Of a DNA stretch of 38,065 nt, positions 26,981 to 38,065 are shown in pieces. Under the pieces are notes generated by a model. That model was given only the letters and a program-made list of their open reading frames with translations. It did not search any database and was not told where the DNA came from. How positions within the stretch are numbered: position 1 is the stretch's first letter; the number at the start of each line of letters is the position of its first letter. The DNA lies in NCBI GenBank assembly GCA_947174985.1, contig CAMWLB010000001.1, positions 1 to 38,065 of the forward strand. The letters are read 5' to 3'. The DNA is from an uncultured Lachnospiraceae bacterium (lineage in GTDB: Bacteria; Bacillota; Clostridia; Lachnospirales; Lachnospiraceae). A program made the translations under genes and the position numbers.

Positions 26981-27940
26981 CTAATGGGACGTAATTGCAA
27001 GCTCATTTAGCAGATCGGCAAATAATGTACTGGTCCATTTCTTCATTGATTCTTGAAACCAGGCTTCTGTCCAATATCGGTCATGCTGTGAGGCGATGAA
27101 AGCCAGAATACTGAATATGCCAAAGGCGTTCATGTGCTGCCGTTTGATTTCAACGCCGCTTGCCTTTTCATAACTGGTTCTGACAATTTCTCTTTCTTCC
27201 TCACTGTCATAACTAAATGCGAGCATACCGCACTCCTGTGCCCGATATCCAAAGCCGGAGAGGGAAAAGTCGATGGGCGCAAGACCCGCAGATGTTTTTA
27301 TGATATTAGCAGGGCTTAAATCGGCATGAATCAAGCATTTGGAATTCGGCTGTTTGTCAAGCTCTGCCATAATATGCTCGATTGCAGTGAGTACGGCGCA
27401 GCATACAGATGACTCTTCTTGTGTAATGTGGGATTTTTCCTGTGCAACTGCAAATTCGGATTTCATCCTCTGCACAAGACCATAAGAATAGGAAATCCTC
27501 TCGCCCGTAAAGCCTTGTGTTGCAGAATTAATCTGTGCCGCAAGTGTGCCCAGTTCTTTGGCATATTGTGAGATATCCTTGTCGGGCAGTGTCTCTCCGT
27601 CAACCCATTGCAGCAGCTCCGCAGGCACACCGCATGAGAGCACGGATATATATTCCCCGAATTTGTTTTGCACAGGCTTTTGCACCGGAAACGGCGCTGC
27701 CTTGGAAAGGTGTAGCAAAAGCGCAATTTCGCTGCGTATCAGGGACTCCGCCGGTCCTTGCTCAAACAGTTTCAGTGAGAACCCATCCATGGGGGAATGA
27801 ATACGCAGAACATAGTCGTTTCCGTCCGCAGTCACCTTGCAGGTAATATTTTCATTATGTCGGATAAATGAAAATTCTGTTTTTTCAAAATGGTAGAATT
27901 GCAGCGCTTCCTGAATCATTTGCGTTTCTTTTGCAGTCAT
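26981..27940 (-). CDS. APH/type II homoserine kinase-like phosphotransferase
   Basis: YVLRIH, LIHADLSPANII, IDFSLSG; AAGGAGG RBS. Confidence 0.85.
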   Translation of the reverse strand: MTAKETQMIQEALQFYHFEKTEFSFIRHNENITCKVTADGNDYVLRIHSPMDGFSLKLFEQGPAESLIRSEIALLLHLSKAAPFPVQKPVQNKFGEYISVLSCGVPAELLQWVDGETLPDKDISQYAKELGTLAAQINSATQGFTGERISYSYGLVQRMKSEFAVAQEKSHITQEESSVCCAVLTAIEHIMAELDKQPNSKCLIHADLSPANIIKTSAGLAPIDFSLSGFGYRAQECGMLAFSYDSEEEREIVRTSYEKASGVEIKRQHMNAFGIFSILAFIASQHDRYWTEAWFQESMKKWTSTLFADLLNELAITSH

Positions 27941-28131
27941 TTTACCTCCTTTTCGGTGGATGCGACATTCTTTTCTGTTATTGTATCACAGACGTTGGTA
28001 CCGTTCCAGAAAATTGTCGGATATTCCTCTTTACAAAGTAAGAAAATCACAAGAAGGATAGCTTTCAAAGACATATTGTGGTATACTGTAATAGAGTATG
28101 ACTTGAATTGTGGTATGCAGGAGGTATAAAA

Positions 28132-28569
28132 ATGGAACTGGAGCAGTTAAGGGCAGATATGGTTGCTGCGATGAAGGCAAGAGATAAAGAGAGGAAGGAT
28201 GCGATTTCTGCGCTGGTATCAGCGGTGAAAAAAGCGGGTATTGACGCGGGCTGCAGGGAAGACATTCCTGCGGAGCTGGTGGACAAGGTTATTTTAAAGG
28301 AATTGAAGTCCGCCAAGGAGCAGCTTGACAGCTGCCCTGTGGAAAGAGCGGAATTGCGGGCAGAGTATCAGACGCGTCACGACATTATCGCGGAATATGC
28401 GCCCAGCATGATGTCCGCGGAGGAAGTAGAGAAGTACCTGAAGGAGAATTTTGCCGAAGCGCTGGCGACAAAGAACAAGGGACAGGTCATGAAGGCTGTG
28501 ATGGGCTCGTTAAAGGGCAAGGCTGATGGCAAGGTTATCAATGAAGTCGTGGCAAAGCTGTGTGAGTAG
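28132..28569 (+). CDS. GatB/YqeY domain protein
   Basis: DMVAAMKARDKER...GQVMKAVMGSLKGKADGKVIN; AGGAGG RBS. Confidence 0.92.
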   Translation: MELEQLRADMVAAMKARDKERKDAISALVSAVKKAGIDAGCREDIPAELVDKVILKELKSAKEQLDSCPVERAELRAEYQTRHDIIAEYAPSMMSAEEVEKYLKENFAEALATKNKGQVMKAVMGSLKGKADGKVINEVVAKLCE

Positions 28570-28584
28570 TCGGGGGAGCTGCGG

Positions 28585-29646
28585 GTGAATACGAAAGTCA
28601 TAACATGTATGGAGGACGACGATAAGGGCTGTCTGGCAGAGGCCGGAAGCATTATCCGGGAGGGAGGGCTGGTAGCGTTTCCGACGGAAACAGTTTACGG
28701 GCTGGGCGGCGATGCCCTCAACCCTCTTTCTTCCAAAAAGATATACGAGGCGAAGGGAAGGCCTTCCGACAATCCTCTGATTGTGCATATCTGCTGCTTT
28801 GCAGATATTTACCGGATTGTGTCGGACGCTCCCGAACACCGGCAGATGTTAGAGGCTGCGGGGAGGCTTGCGGATGCTTTCTGGCCGGGACCACTCACCA
28901 TGATTCTGCCAAAAGCGGATGCGGTTCCTTTTGAAACCACAGGAGGACTTTCCACGGTGGCAGTCCGGTTTCCGTCGCACAGGACGGCGCAGGCACTGAT
29001 TGCCGCAGCGGGCGGTTTTGTGGCGGCGCCGAGCGCCAATACTTCCGGCAGACCCAGCCCCACGCTTGCAAAATACGTCCTGGAGGATATGAACGGGCGT
29101 ATCGATATGGTAATAGACGGCGGGGAGGTTGGCATTGGTCTGGAGTCAACCATTGTGGATTTGACAGTGGAGCCGGCAGAGATTCTGCGTCCCGGTTATG
29201 TGTCCCGCGACATGCTGCAGGAGGTTTTAGGCAGAGTGGAGACCGACAAGGCATGCAGCGGTGAGAGTGAGCAGGCACCGAGAGCACCCGGTATGAAATA
29301 CCGTCATTATGCGCCAAATGGTGATATGACGATTGTGTCAGGAAAAAAGGAAAATGTTGCAGAATACATTAACAGGCAGACAGAACTGGCGAAAAGCGAA
29401 GGAAAAAGGAGCGGCGTGATTGCCACGGACGAGACTGCGGCAGGATATCGGGCTGATATTGTAAAATCTGTCGGCAGCAGGACGGACGAGCTGTCCGCGG
29501 CCAGGCATTTATATGCTGTCCTGCGTGAATTTGATGAAGAAGGAGCAGAGGCTATTTACTCGGAGGCGTTTGAGGGGGATGGCATCGGGGAGGCCGTGAT
29601 GAACCGGCTGTTAAAGGCCGCGGGCTATCACATGATACAGGTGTGA
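28585..29646 (+). CDS. sua5: L-threonylcarbamoyladenylate synthase Sua5/TsaC2
   Basis: VAFPTETVYGLG, KGRPSDNPLIVH, APSANTSGRPSPT, APGMKYRHYAP. Confidence 0.96.
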   Translation: MNTKVITCMEDDDKGCLAEAGSIIREGGLVAFPTETVYGLGGDALNPLSSKKIYEAKGRPSDNPLIVHICCFADIYRIVSDAPEHRQMLEAAGRLADAFWPGPLTMILPKADAVPFETTGGLSTVAVRFPSHRTAQALIAAAGGFVAAPSANTSGRPSPTLAKYVLEDMNGRIDMVIDGGEVGIGLESTIVDLTVEPAEILRPGYVSRDMLQEVLGRVETDKACSGESEQAPRAPGMKYRHYAPNGDMTIVSGKKENVAEYINRQTELAKSEGKRSGVIATDETAAGYRADIVKSVGSRTDELSAARHLYAVLREFDEEGAEAIYSEAFEGDGIGEAVMNRLLKAAGYHMIQV

Positions 29647-29684
29647 GCGGCTGCAGGCTGTCACATGATACAGATGTGAGCGGC
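29616..29684 (+). repeat. 33-bp tandem duplication of the sua5 3' end
   Basis: GGCCGCGGGCTATCACATGATACAGGTGTGAGC / GGCTGCAGGCTGTCACATGATACAGATGTGAGC, 4 mismatches. Confidence 0.85.
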
Positions 29685-29705
29685 GAGAATAATAAGGAGG
29701 ATTCG

Positions 29706-30128
29706 ATGATTGCGATTGGAAGCGACCACGGCGGTTATGATTTAAAACAGGTTATTATAGAATATTTGAAGGAAAAAGGAATTGCCTATAAGGACTTTGG
29801 CTGTTATGATAAAAATTCCTGTGATTATCCGGTGTTTGGACGTGCGGCGGCGGAGGCTGTGGCTTCGGGCGAATGTGAAAAGGGCATTGTGGTCTGCACG
29901 ACGGGCATTGGCATTTCCATGGTGGCAAACAAGGTGAAAGGCGTTCGCTGTGCGCTCTGCCATGACAGTCTTTCGGCAAAGATGACGAGGCTGCATAACG
30001 ATGCCAACATGCTGGCTTTGGGAGGCGGAATGACGGGTTCCAATCTTGCGCTGGATATCGTGGAGGTGTTCCTGAATACGCCGTTTTCAGAGGAAGAAAA
30101 GCATAAGCGCAGAGTCGCTATGTTTTAA
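29706..30128 (+). CDS. rpiB: ribose-5-phosphate isomerase B
   Basis: [25 protein letters not shown]; AAGGAGG RBS before ATG 29706. Confidence 0.96.
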   Translation: MIAIGSDHGGYDLKQVIIEYLKEKGIAYKDFGCYDKNSCDYPVFGRAAAEAVASGECEKGIVVCTTGIGISMVANKVKGVRCALCHDSLSAKMTRLHNDANMLALGGGMTGSNLALDIVEVFLNTPFSEEEKHKRRVAMF

Positions 30129-30172
30129 GGAAACTATTCACAATACAAAAGGAAAGGATAAGAGGTAAGGGT

Positions 30173-30802
30173 ATGGCAAAGGTTATCGTAATGGAGCATC
30201 CATTAATTCAGCACAAAATAGGATATATCCGCAGGAAGGAGACCGGCACAAAGGATTTCAGACAGACCATCAGCGAAATTGCAATGCTGATTTGCTATGA
30301 GGCGACCAGAGATTTGAAGCTTTCCGATGTGGAGATTGAAACGCCTATCTGCAAGACGGTTGCGAAGGAATTGAAGGGGAAAAAGATGGCGATAGTTCCC
30401 ATTCTGCGCGCCGGACTGGGTATGGTTGACGGTGTGCTGCAGCTTATTCCGGCGGCCAAGGTGGGACACATCGGATTGTACAGGGATCCGGAGACCTTAA
30501 ATCCGGTAGAATACTACTGCAAGCTTCCGGCAGACTGCGCGGAGCGTGAAGTGTTTGTGGTTGACCCTATGCTGGCAACGGGAGGCTCTTCCGTGGCGGC
30601 GATTCAGATGCTGAAGGAAAAGGGCTGCAAAAATATACACTTTATGTGTATCATTGCCGCGCCGGAGGGTGTGGAAAAGATGAAGGAAGCACATCCTGAC
30701 GTGGATATGTATATCGGTGCGATGGATGAGAAACTGAACGACCATGGCTATATCGTTCCCGGGCTGGGAGATGCGGGTGACAGGATTTTTGGTACGAAGT
30801 AA
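30173..30802 (+). CDS. upp: uracil phosphoribosyltransferase
   Basis: [37 protein letters not shown]. Confidence 0.98.
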   Translation: MAKVIVMEHPLIQHKIGYIRRKETGTKDFRQTISEIAMLICYEATRDLKLSDVEIETPICKTVAKELKGKKMAIVPILRAGLGMVDGVLQLIPAAKVGHIGLYRDPETLNPVEYYCKLPADCAEREVFVVDPMLATGGSSVAAIQMLKEKGCKNIHFMCIIAAPEGVEKMKEAHPDVDMYIGAMDEKLNDHGYIVPGLGDAGDRIFGTK

Positions 30803-30846
30803 AGCCGGAAGGCATGTTGCTGCAGAGCGGCATTATGGAGGATAGT

Positions 30847-32010
30847 ATGAAAAAGGCAGTCTTACGCAAGGGGAAGCTGGCACTGGCTGTGGCGATTGTG
30901 CTGCTCGTCTGTGAGATTCCCGTTGAATTGTATGCAACTACCACACAGGAGCAGCTCGATCAGGAGATACATAACAAGGACGAGCTGCAGGGAGAAATCG
31001 ATGCGAACAATCAGGAAGTGAACGACCTGAAGAACAAGGAAGCTGCTTTGAGGGGAGATTTGAATAACTTAAAGGAGCAGCTTACGGAAGTGAGCGAAAA
31101 GTTGGAGGAGCTGGAGGAAAAAATCGCCCTGAAGGAAGAGGAAATTGACAGGACCATGGCGGAGCTGGAGGACGCGAAGGCAACGGAGCAGTGGCAGTAC
31201 CAGTGCATGGTGGAGCGAATACAGTATGTGTATGAGCAGGGCGAAATGGACTATCTGGAGCTTCTGTTCTCCATTGGCAGTTTCAGCGATTTCTTAAACT
31301 ATAGTGAGTATATGTCCGCCATTGCCGAGTATGACAGGAACATGCTTGAAGAGTACGAGGCGACAAGGATTCTGATTGAAGAGAAGGAAGAACAGCTTCT
31401 GGCAGAAAGAGCGGAACTGGATGAATATGTAGTTGCGGCAGAAGCAGAAAAGAGTAAGATTGCAGGGCTTATCAGCCAGACTGCCAGCCGTGTTTCTGAA
31501 AATAGTGAGTTTCTTGCGCGGGCGGAAGCAGAGGCGGAAGCGCTGGAAGCAGAGATGAAAAAGACAGAAGCGAATATCGAAGCGCTGAAAAGGCAGATTG
31601 AAGAGGAGAAGAGACTTTCAGAGGCGGCGGCGAACGCGGCGTGGAGGGATATCTCAGAAGTGACTTTTGCGGATGGAGATTTGGCGCTTCTGGCTGCCAT
31701 TATTTATTGTGAAGCAGGAGGAGAGCCTTATGCGGGTAAGCTTGCAGTCGGCGCGGTAGTCATTAACCGTCTGCTCAGTTCAAAATATCCGGATACTGTT
31801 TTGGGGGTTATTACGCAGAAAAAGCAGTTTTCACCTGTGGCCAGCGGGCGGTTTGAGGTGGTGCTTACCGCAGGCAGGGCAAATGAAGACTGCTACAAGG
31901 CGGCAAGGGAAGCGATGTCCGGCGTCACCAATGTGGGAAACTGCCTGTATTTCAGGACGCCGATAGAAGGGCTGACCGGAATCAGCATCGGCGGACATAT
32001 CTTTTATTAG
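30847..32010 (+). CDS. secreted coiled-coil protein with C-terminal SleB-like cell wall hydrolase (Hydrolase_2)
   Basis: Signal peptide, CwlO-like coiled coil, LAAIIYCEAGGEPY.GKLAVGAVVINR, QFSPV, IGGHIFY. Confidence 0.88.
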   Translation: MKKAVLRKGKLALAVAIVLLVCEIPVELYATTTQEQLDQEIHNKDELQGEIDANNQEVNDLKNKEAALRGDLNNLKEQLTEVSEKLEELEEKIALKEEEIDRTMAELEDAKATEQWQYQCMVERIQYVYEQGEMDYLELLFSIGSFSDFLNYSEYMSAIAEYDRNMLEEYEATRILIEEKEEQLLAERAELDEYVVAAEAEKSKIAGLISQTASRVSENSEFLARAEAEAEALEAEMKKTEANIEALKRQIEEEKRLSEAAANAAWRDISEVTFADGDLALLAAIIYCEAGGEPYAGKLAVGAVVINRLLSSKYPDTVLGVITQKKQFSPVASGRFEVVLTAGRANEDCYKAAREAMSGVTNVGNCLYFRTPIEGLTGISIGGHIFY

Positions 32011-32021
32011 AAAAAACAGGA

Positions 32022-32501
32022 TTACAGACCAAGGCTGTCCAGTTCATTCTGCAGGCAGCCGAAATGATTGCTGTATATGAGTGACAGCAGGTGGTTAAGC
32101 TGCCGGAGCGCCGCCTTTAACATATCGGCGGAGAGCAGTTCCTGTTCGAAGGCATCCGCAAGCTCGTCCAAATCAACCACTTTTACCGTGCCGTCCGGCA
32201 TAATGACGACGTCGGCGAGCAAATCCGTAGTTACCAGGCGGTTGGAGGAAGCGTCGTAATCATACTGTACAATGTCGCAGTACCAGCAGTACAGGCTTTT
32301 GTCGGTACGGTAAAACTTGCTGACCTTGAAGCCTTCCTTCAGAAAATAGCAGGAAGCGCCATACTGGAATTTGGTTTTGGGATTGAGCGTGTCCCATGTA
32401 GTGATGATGACTTCATCAGTTTGTTTGACAACTTTGTCGTCTTTTAACAGGAGACATTCGTCGGGGATGAGACGTCTGCGGTAAAGAGTTAATGTATTCA
32501 T
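32022..32501 (-). CDS. DUF402 family protein
   Basis: WYCDI...TDLLADV...VVDLDEL; GAGGT RBS before ATG 32501. Confidence 0.8.
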   Translation of the reverse strand: MNTLTLYRRRLIPDECLLLKDDKVVKQTDEVIITTWDTLNPKTKFQYGASCYFLKEGFKVSKFYRTDKSLYCWYCDIVQYDYDASSNRLVTTDLLADVVIMPDGTVKVVDLDELADAFEQELLSADMLKAALRQLNHLLSLIYSNHFGCLQNELDSLGL

Positions 32502-32629
32502 TGGTGACCTCGGCATTTGGAAGGATATAGGAAACTTATCTAACATATAGTGATTAAAATACTACACCTCTATATACGGGAAGTCAAATAGAAATCGCAT
32601 CAAAATTGTCTAAAAGTAGCGAAAACAAC

Positions 32630-32657
32630 TAGACAATATGTGGAAAAGTGGTATAAT
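32630..32657 (+). promoter_or_regulatory. sigmaA promoter of the atp operon
   Basis: TAGACA-16 bp-TATAAT with an extended -10 TG. Confidence 0.65.
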
Positions 32658-32708
32658 TTATGGTGTATTTTATCTCAAAATAGTCGGGCCATGTTGGAGG
32701 ACGGAATT

Positions 32709-32957
32709 GTGGCAAGACGCAGAAAATATGATAAAAATGTATATCAATCACTGGCGTTGATTACACAATTTGGAATCAATATGCTGGTTCCTGTTTTTTT
32801 ATGTTCATTTGTGGGAATCTGGCTGGACGAAAAATGCGGCACTTCATTTTGGATGATACTGCTCTTTTTCGTGGGAGCGTTGGCTGGTTTTCGAAATATC
32901 TATATTATGGCAAAGCGGGTTTATGACAGCAAAGACAAGGATGCGCATGACAGATAA
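32709..32957 (+). CDS. AtpZ/AtpI family membrane protein
   Basis: Two TM segments with G.WLD motif; GGAGG RBS before GTG; first gene of the atp operon. Confidence 0.85.
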   Translation: MARRRKYDKNVYQSLALITQFGINMLVPVFLCSFVGIWLDEKCGTSFWMILLFFVGALAGFRNIYIMAKRVYDSKDKDAHDR

Positions 32958-33426
32958 ATTAAAAAAGGCTGACAGGGCGCTGCTTGAATTATTGAGCGGC
33001 ATAGTGGTGTTTGGTGTGTTTTGCCAGCTGGCAGGACTGTTTTTTCCGATTAGTTCTCTAAAATATGCTGTGGGTCTGTGGGGAGGCATTATTTGGGCGT
33101 TTCTTGCCGCCGTGCATATTTGGCGCTCCCTGAACAAAGCGTTTTCCTGTGATGAAAAATCTGCGGCACGGCTGATTGCCGGCGGATATATTATACGATA
33201 TCTGGCGGCGGCGGCGTTTCTACTGCTTTTACATTATAGTAATGCGGGCTATGTGCTCGCAGGTTTTCTGGGAGTTATGGGTCTGAAAACAGGTGCTTAC
33301 CTGCAGCCCGTGACACATAAATTTTATAATAAGATGTTTCACGAAACGGACCCTGTTCCACAGCCTCTCGAGGAGGAAGGAGAAACCGCTTCGGAAAGTA
33401 TAGAGGAGAAGGAGGTGAAATCATGA
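32947..33426 (+). CDS. atpI: ATP synthase protein I
   Basis: Four hydrophobic segments, YIIRY motif; precedes subunit a. Confidence 0.75.
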   Translation: MTDKLKKADRALLELLSGIVVFGVFCQLAGLFFPISSLKYAVGLWGGIIWAFLAAVHIWRSLNKAFSCDEKSAARLIAGGYIIRYLAAAAFLLLLHYSNAGYVLAGFLGVMGLKTGAYLQPVTHKFYNKMFHETDPVPQPLEEEGETASESIEEKEVKS

Positions 33427-34157
33427 GGCTTGGAATATTGATGTCGGGCAATGAAGTGGATTTTATGATACATGGTCTTTTCAAGTATTCCTTTTTCGGA
33501 CACGAGGTCTGGATAACCACTTCCCATGTGTGTATCCTGATAGTCATGCTTGTGATTATCGGATTTGCGATTGCTGCCAATGTGAAGATGAAACATGCCG
33601 AAGAGGTTCCGACAGGATTTCAGAATGTGGTCGAGCTTATTGTGGAGAAGCTGGACGCTATGACTGACGGGACAATGGGAAAGAGTGGAGTAAAGTTCCG
33701 CAATTACATCGGCACGATTTTTATTTTCATTTTGCTGAGCAATCTTTCGGGACTTTTGGGACTTAGGCCGCCGACTGCCGATTACGGGGTGACGCTGCCG
33801 ATGGGAATTATGACTTTTGTGCTGATTCATTTCAACACCTTCAAACACAACAAACTGAAGGATGTTTGGATAGATAAGTGTTCGCCGCTTCCGCCGTGGC
33901 TGCCAATCTGGCTGCCAATCAACCTGGTAGGCGACATTGCAGTACCTATTTCTTTGTCCCTGCGTTTGTTTGCAAACGTATTGTCCGGCGTGGTTATGAT
34001 GGCGCTGGTATATGGGCTGATTGGAAAGCTTGCGCTTATTTGGCCGGCATTTCTGCATATTTATCTCGATATTTTTTCGGGAGCGATACAGACATACGTA
34101 TTCTGTATGCTGACCATGACCTATATAGCGAATGGAATCGGCGATTCGGAAGCTTAA
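33423..34157 (+). CDS. atpB: F0 subunit a
   Basis: PTGFQN, RPPTAD, SLSLRLFAN, IQTYVFCMLT. Confidence 0.96.
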   Translation: MRLGILMSGNEVDFMIHGLFKYSFFGHEVWITTSHVCILIVMLVIIGFAIAANVKMKHAEEVPTGFQNVVELIVEKLDAMTDGTMGKSGVKFRNYIGTIFIFILLSNLSGLLGLRPPTADYGVTLPMGIMTFVLIHFNTFKHNKLKDVWIDKCSPLPPWLPIWLPINLVGDIAVPISLSLRLFANVLSGVVMMALVYGLIGKLALIWPAFLHIYLDIFSGAIQTYVFCMLTMTYIANGIGDSEA

Positions 34158-34223
34158 CAGACGCCGGCGAAAAGTTGTTTTCAGTTGTTATTTTTTAAAA
34201 TTTATTTATAAAACATATTTTAG

Positions 34224-34490
<267 letters not shown>

Positions 34491-34573
34491 GGCGTTTCTT
34501 TTACAGGTACGGTTGCATGATGGGGCTTTTGTCCTGACATGCATATGAAAAAGAGAGAAAGGAGACCTGAGGG

Positions 34574-35106
34574 GTGAAGATATTATTGACATCCGGAGAA
34601 ACCATGACAAGGCTGTTCAATTTGGACTGGCAGCTGCTTGCGGATTCCGTCTTGTCCATGATAGCAATACTGTTCCTGTTTTTTGCATTATCCTATTTTC
34701 TGTTCAACCCCGCCAGAAAGATGCTGCGCGGACGCACGGAAAAGATAAAGGGCGAGCTTTCACAGGCGGCGCAGGATATGGAAGAAGCAAAAGCCATGAA
34801 GGAAGAGTATGAGAGCAAACTCCGCGACATTCAAAAGGAAGCGGACGAAATCATGGCAGAAGCCCGCAAAAAAGCAATTATAAGTGAAAACCGGATTATC
34901 GGCGACGCTAAGGAAGAGGCGGCACGTATTATGGAAAGGGCACGTATGGAAGCCGAGCTTGAGAAGAAGAAAGCGGCTGACGACGTGAAGAAAGAAATGA
35001 TAGCAGTTGCTTCTCTGATGGCTAGCAAGGTCGTGTCGGGAGCAATCGATGTGTCCGTGCAGGAAAGTCTGGTTGACGAGACTTTGAAAGAGATGGGTGA
35101 GAGCAC

Positions 35107-35119
<13 letters not shown>
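34574..35119 (+). CDS. atpF: F0 subunit b
   Basis: Single TM segment followed by a charged coiled coil; operon position. Confidence 0.95.
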
Positions 35120-37196
<2,077 letters not shown>

Positions 37197-37216
37197 GATA
37201 GGAGTGGTGAGCGATT

Positions 37217-38065
37217 ATGGCATCCATGCGAGATATTAAGCGCCGTAAAGGCAGCATACAGAGCACTCAGCAGATTACCAAGGCGATGAAGCTGGTATCT
37301 ACGGTAAAGCTGCAGAGGGCAAGGCAGAATGCAGAAAAGTCAAACTCGTACTTCACCTGTATGTATGAAACGGTTACCTCCATACTGGCAAGGACCATGG
37401 GCATGAAACATCCGTATCTGGATGGCGGTTCATCGGGCAAAAAGGCAATTATCGTCATAACCTCTAACAGAGGACTTGCCGGAGGTTATAACTCCAATAT
37501 CGTCAGACTGGTGACAGGCAGTGGTTTTTCCAAGGAAGACGTTGTGATTTACGCAGCGGGCAAGAAGGGCAGGGATGCGCTTGCCAGACAGGGCTATGAA
37601 ATTGCACTGGATGCTTCCGAGATAACGGAAGAGCCGGCGTATGCCGATGCGATGTATCTGTCAAAAAAGCTGCTGGAGGCGTTTGCAAAGGGAGAAATCA
37701 GCGAGATATATCTGGCGTATACCCATTTTAAAAATACGGTCAGCCATATTCCGACTTTGTTAAAGCTTCTGCCGGTGGAGATTTCAGAAAAAACGGCAGA
37801 GGACGACGTGACGGCGGCAGAGACTCTCGGCGTGCAGGTAGATAACGAGGACGGCGAAGGGCGAAGAGCTCCCATGAATTTTGAAATGGACGATGAGGAC
37901 GCCTTGAACCTGATTATTCCGAAGTATGTTACCAGCCTGATTTATGGCGGGCTTGTAGAATCTGTGGCGAGTGAGAATGGCGCCAGAATGCAGGCAATGG
38001 ACAACGCTACCAGCAATGCGGAGGAGATGATTTCTGATTTGTCCCTGCTCTACAACAGAGCCCGC
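37217..38065 (+). CDS. atpG: F1 subunit gamma (3' end beyond the window)
   Basis: MASMRDIKRRKGSIQSTQQITKAMKLV...SNRGLAGGYN...ARMQAMDNATSNA...YNRAR. Confidence 0.97.
   Translation, partial: MASMRDIKRRKGSIQSTQQITKAMKLVSTVKLQRARQNAEKSNSYFTCMYETVTSILARTMGMKHPYLDGGSSGKKAIIVITSNRGLAGGYNSNIVRLVTGSGFSKEDVVIYAAGKKGRDALARQGYEIALDASEITEEPAYADAMYLSKKLLEAFAKGEISEIYLAYTHFKNTVSHIPTLLKLLPVEISEKTAEDDVTAAETLGVQVDNEDGEGRRAPMNFEMDDEDALNLIIPKYVTSLIYGGLVESVASENGARMQAMDNATSNAEEMISDLSLLYNRAR

Noticed and set aside
26981-27940. Aminoglycoside-resistance gene belonging to the van element
   Set aside because: Lies outside attR; only generic kinase-fold motifs are visible, so the substrate cannot be assigned

Overview
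Chromosomal window from a low-GC Gram-positive anaerobe; gene order and sequences look like Clostridia, probably Lachnospiraceae (inference). The backbone is GH53 galactanase, rpsF-ssb-rpsR, gdpP-rplI-dnaB, a ferredoxin missed by the ORF track, a pfl locus, mecA, GH18, yqeY-sua5-rpiB-upp, a SleB-like hydrolase and the F1Fo atp operon (cut off in atpG). Two systems stand out. (1) A 6,615-bp skin-like element interrupts a cwlD-type spore amidase gene exactly at the His codon of DAGHGG. It is bounded by a 10-bp direct repeat (CATGGCGGCG). Excision would restore an in-frame 235-aa amidase and form a symmetric serine-integrase attP. The element carries a large serine recombinase behind a sigmaE/K-like promoter, a translationally coupled 42-aa ORF (candidate directionality factor), a possible toxin/antisense-RNA pair and a vanR-vanH-ligase-vanX cluster with no vanS and a degenerate VanR receiver. 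(2) Pyruvate formate-lyase is split into a catalytic body and a separate glycyl-radical subunit. Between them lies a small protein that copies the first 27 residues of the glycyl-radical subunit but has a Cys motif instead of the glycine loop. All calls come from reading motifs by eye; no searches were run.
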